A stretch of DNA of 63,818 nt, filler included, from Octopus bimaculoides (lineage: Eukaryota): the NCBI RefSeq assembly GCF_001194135.2. It is 9 parts of 9 records of this genome, joined end to end, with 100 filler letters (N's around TTAATTAATTAA, not from the genome) between each part and the next. Parts side by side here need not be neighbours in the genome. Positions count along the whole stretch, not along the records: positions 62,588 to 63,818 come from NC_068991.1; 8 more parts are not named here. One strand, 5' to 3'. Shown piece by piece: positions 63,010-63,818 of this stretch. The notes beneath the pieces were generated by a model. That model searched no databases. It had not been told where the DNA came from and worked only from the letters and a program-made list of their open reading frames with translations. Both the position numbers and the translations under genes were made by a program. Within the stretch, counting starts at the first letter, position 1. Each line of letters opens with the position of its first letter.

Positions 63010-63430
63010 ATGGGTTATTTCCCTTGGATTGTTTAAATATTAGTAATATGTGGTAGACAGAAGGATCAATTGGAGGAGCTCTATTAACAATTTTTTCAAT
63101 AAGCTATGTATGTCACGAGGTTTCCAGACATGAGTTCTACTCACGTGTCAAATAAAGTAATATGTCTGCAAAAATTAGATATTAGACACCTAAAAAATTA
63201 ATATTCAAAGTAATCGAACATAAACAATGAAATGGATTATTTCCCTTGAGTGTTTAAATAAAATTAGCTATATGAGGTAGATATAAAGGTCCCTTCCTGG
63301 GGCCGTATTATCTATTTTTTCAACAATCTAAGTATGTCACGAGGTTTCCAGACAACAGTTGTACTCACGTGTCAAGTTTAATCAAAATCAATAAAACGAT
63401 ATAGGAGTTAGCAAACAACGCCACAAACCC
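63010..63430 (+). repeat. Dispersed repeat with internal tandem duplication (about 63012-63151 and 63232-63378)
   Basis: GGA/GGTTATTTCCCTTG...TATGTCACGAGGTTTCCAGACA...TACTCACGTGTCAA occurs twice; same family as 10490-10700. Confidence 0.75.
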
Positions 63431-63645
63431 ACATTTCACGCTGCTCCAGGCAACTGAGGTTTACCTCAGTTGTACCTGTAATTCAAAGGGCCAGCATTGT
63501 TACATTCTGAATTTCCCTGAGAACTACGTTAAAGGTACGCGTGTCTGTGGAGTGCTCAGCCAATTGCACGTTAATTTCAGAGTAAGTTGTTCCGTTCATC
63601 GGATCGACTGTATCGCTGGTCGTCGTACACGACGGAGTGGCAGTT
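63430..63645 (+). mobile_element. SINE family C 3' half
   Basis: CCTGTAATTCAAAGGGCC...GTGGAGTGCTCAGCCA.TTGCACGTTAATTTC...GTTCCGTTCATCGGATC...GACGGAGTG. Confidence 0.75.
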
Positions 63646-63683
63646 CTGTCTCTCACTCTCTCTCTCTCTTTCTCTGTATATAC

Positions 63684-63737
<54 letters not shown>

Positions 63738-63818
63738 TTATAATTTTTACATAATATCGAGGTCTCTTTCTTTTGTTGTGTTTTCTATCAATATATATAT
63801 ATGCTTATATACGTATAT

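Overview
AT-rich, microsatellite-saturated eukaryotic DNA with many assembly gaps. The SINE families and repeat landscape point to a cephalopod, most likely Octopus (inference). I cannot support any intact host protein-coding gene; the window reads as intergenic or deep-intronic and consists largely of decayed mobile elements. These include R4/Dong-type non-LTR retrotransposon fragments (two lineages, one ending in (TAA)n and one in (CATA)n), Penelope-like elements, RTE and Tx1/L1-like LINE pieces, Tc1/mariner remnants, Helitron-type ends and three or four tRNA-derived SINE families. Most long ORFs in the track are N-gap or microsatellite artefacts. The most interesting signals are: (1) a long-TIR DNA element with a perfect 8-bp target duplication (Merlin-like) inside a Tx1-like LINE; (2) a (CATA)n-associated Dong lineage; (3) a 134-bp fold-back built from a hammerhead-like Penelope end; (4) a non-repeat CpG-rich island with two perfect hairpins and splice signals; (5) a three-finger C2H2 cassette that looks like an RTE LINE tail; (6) inverted SINE pairs that could form ADAR substrates. 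All element assignments are by motif recognition, not database search.
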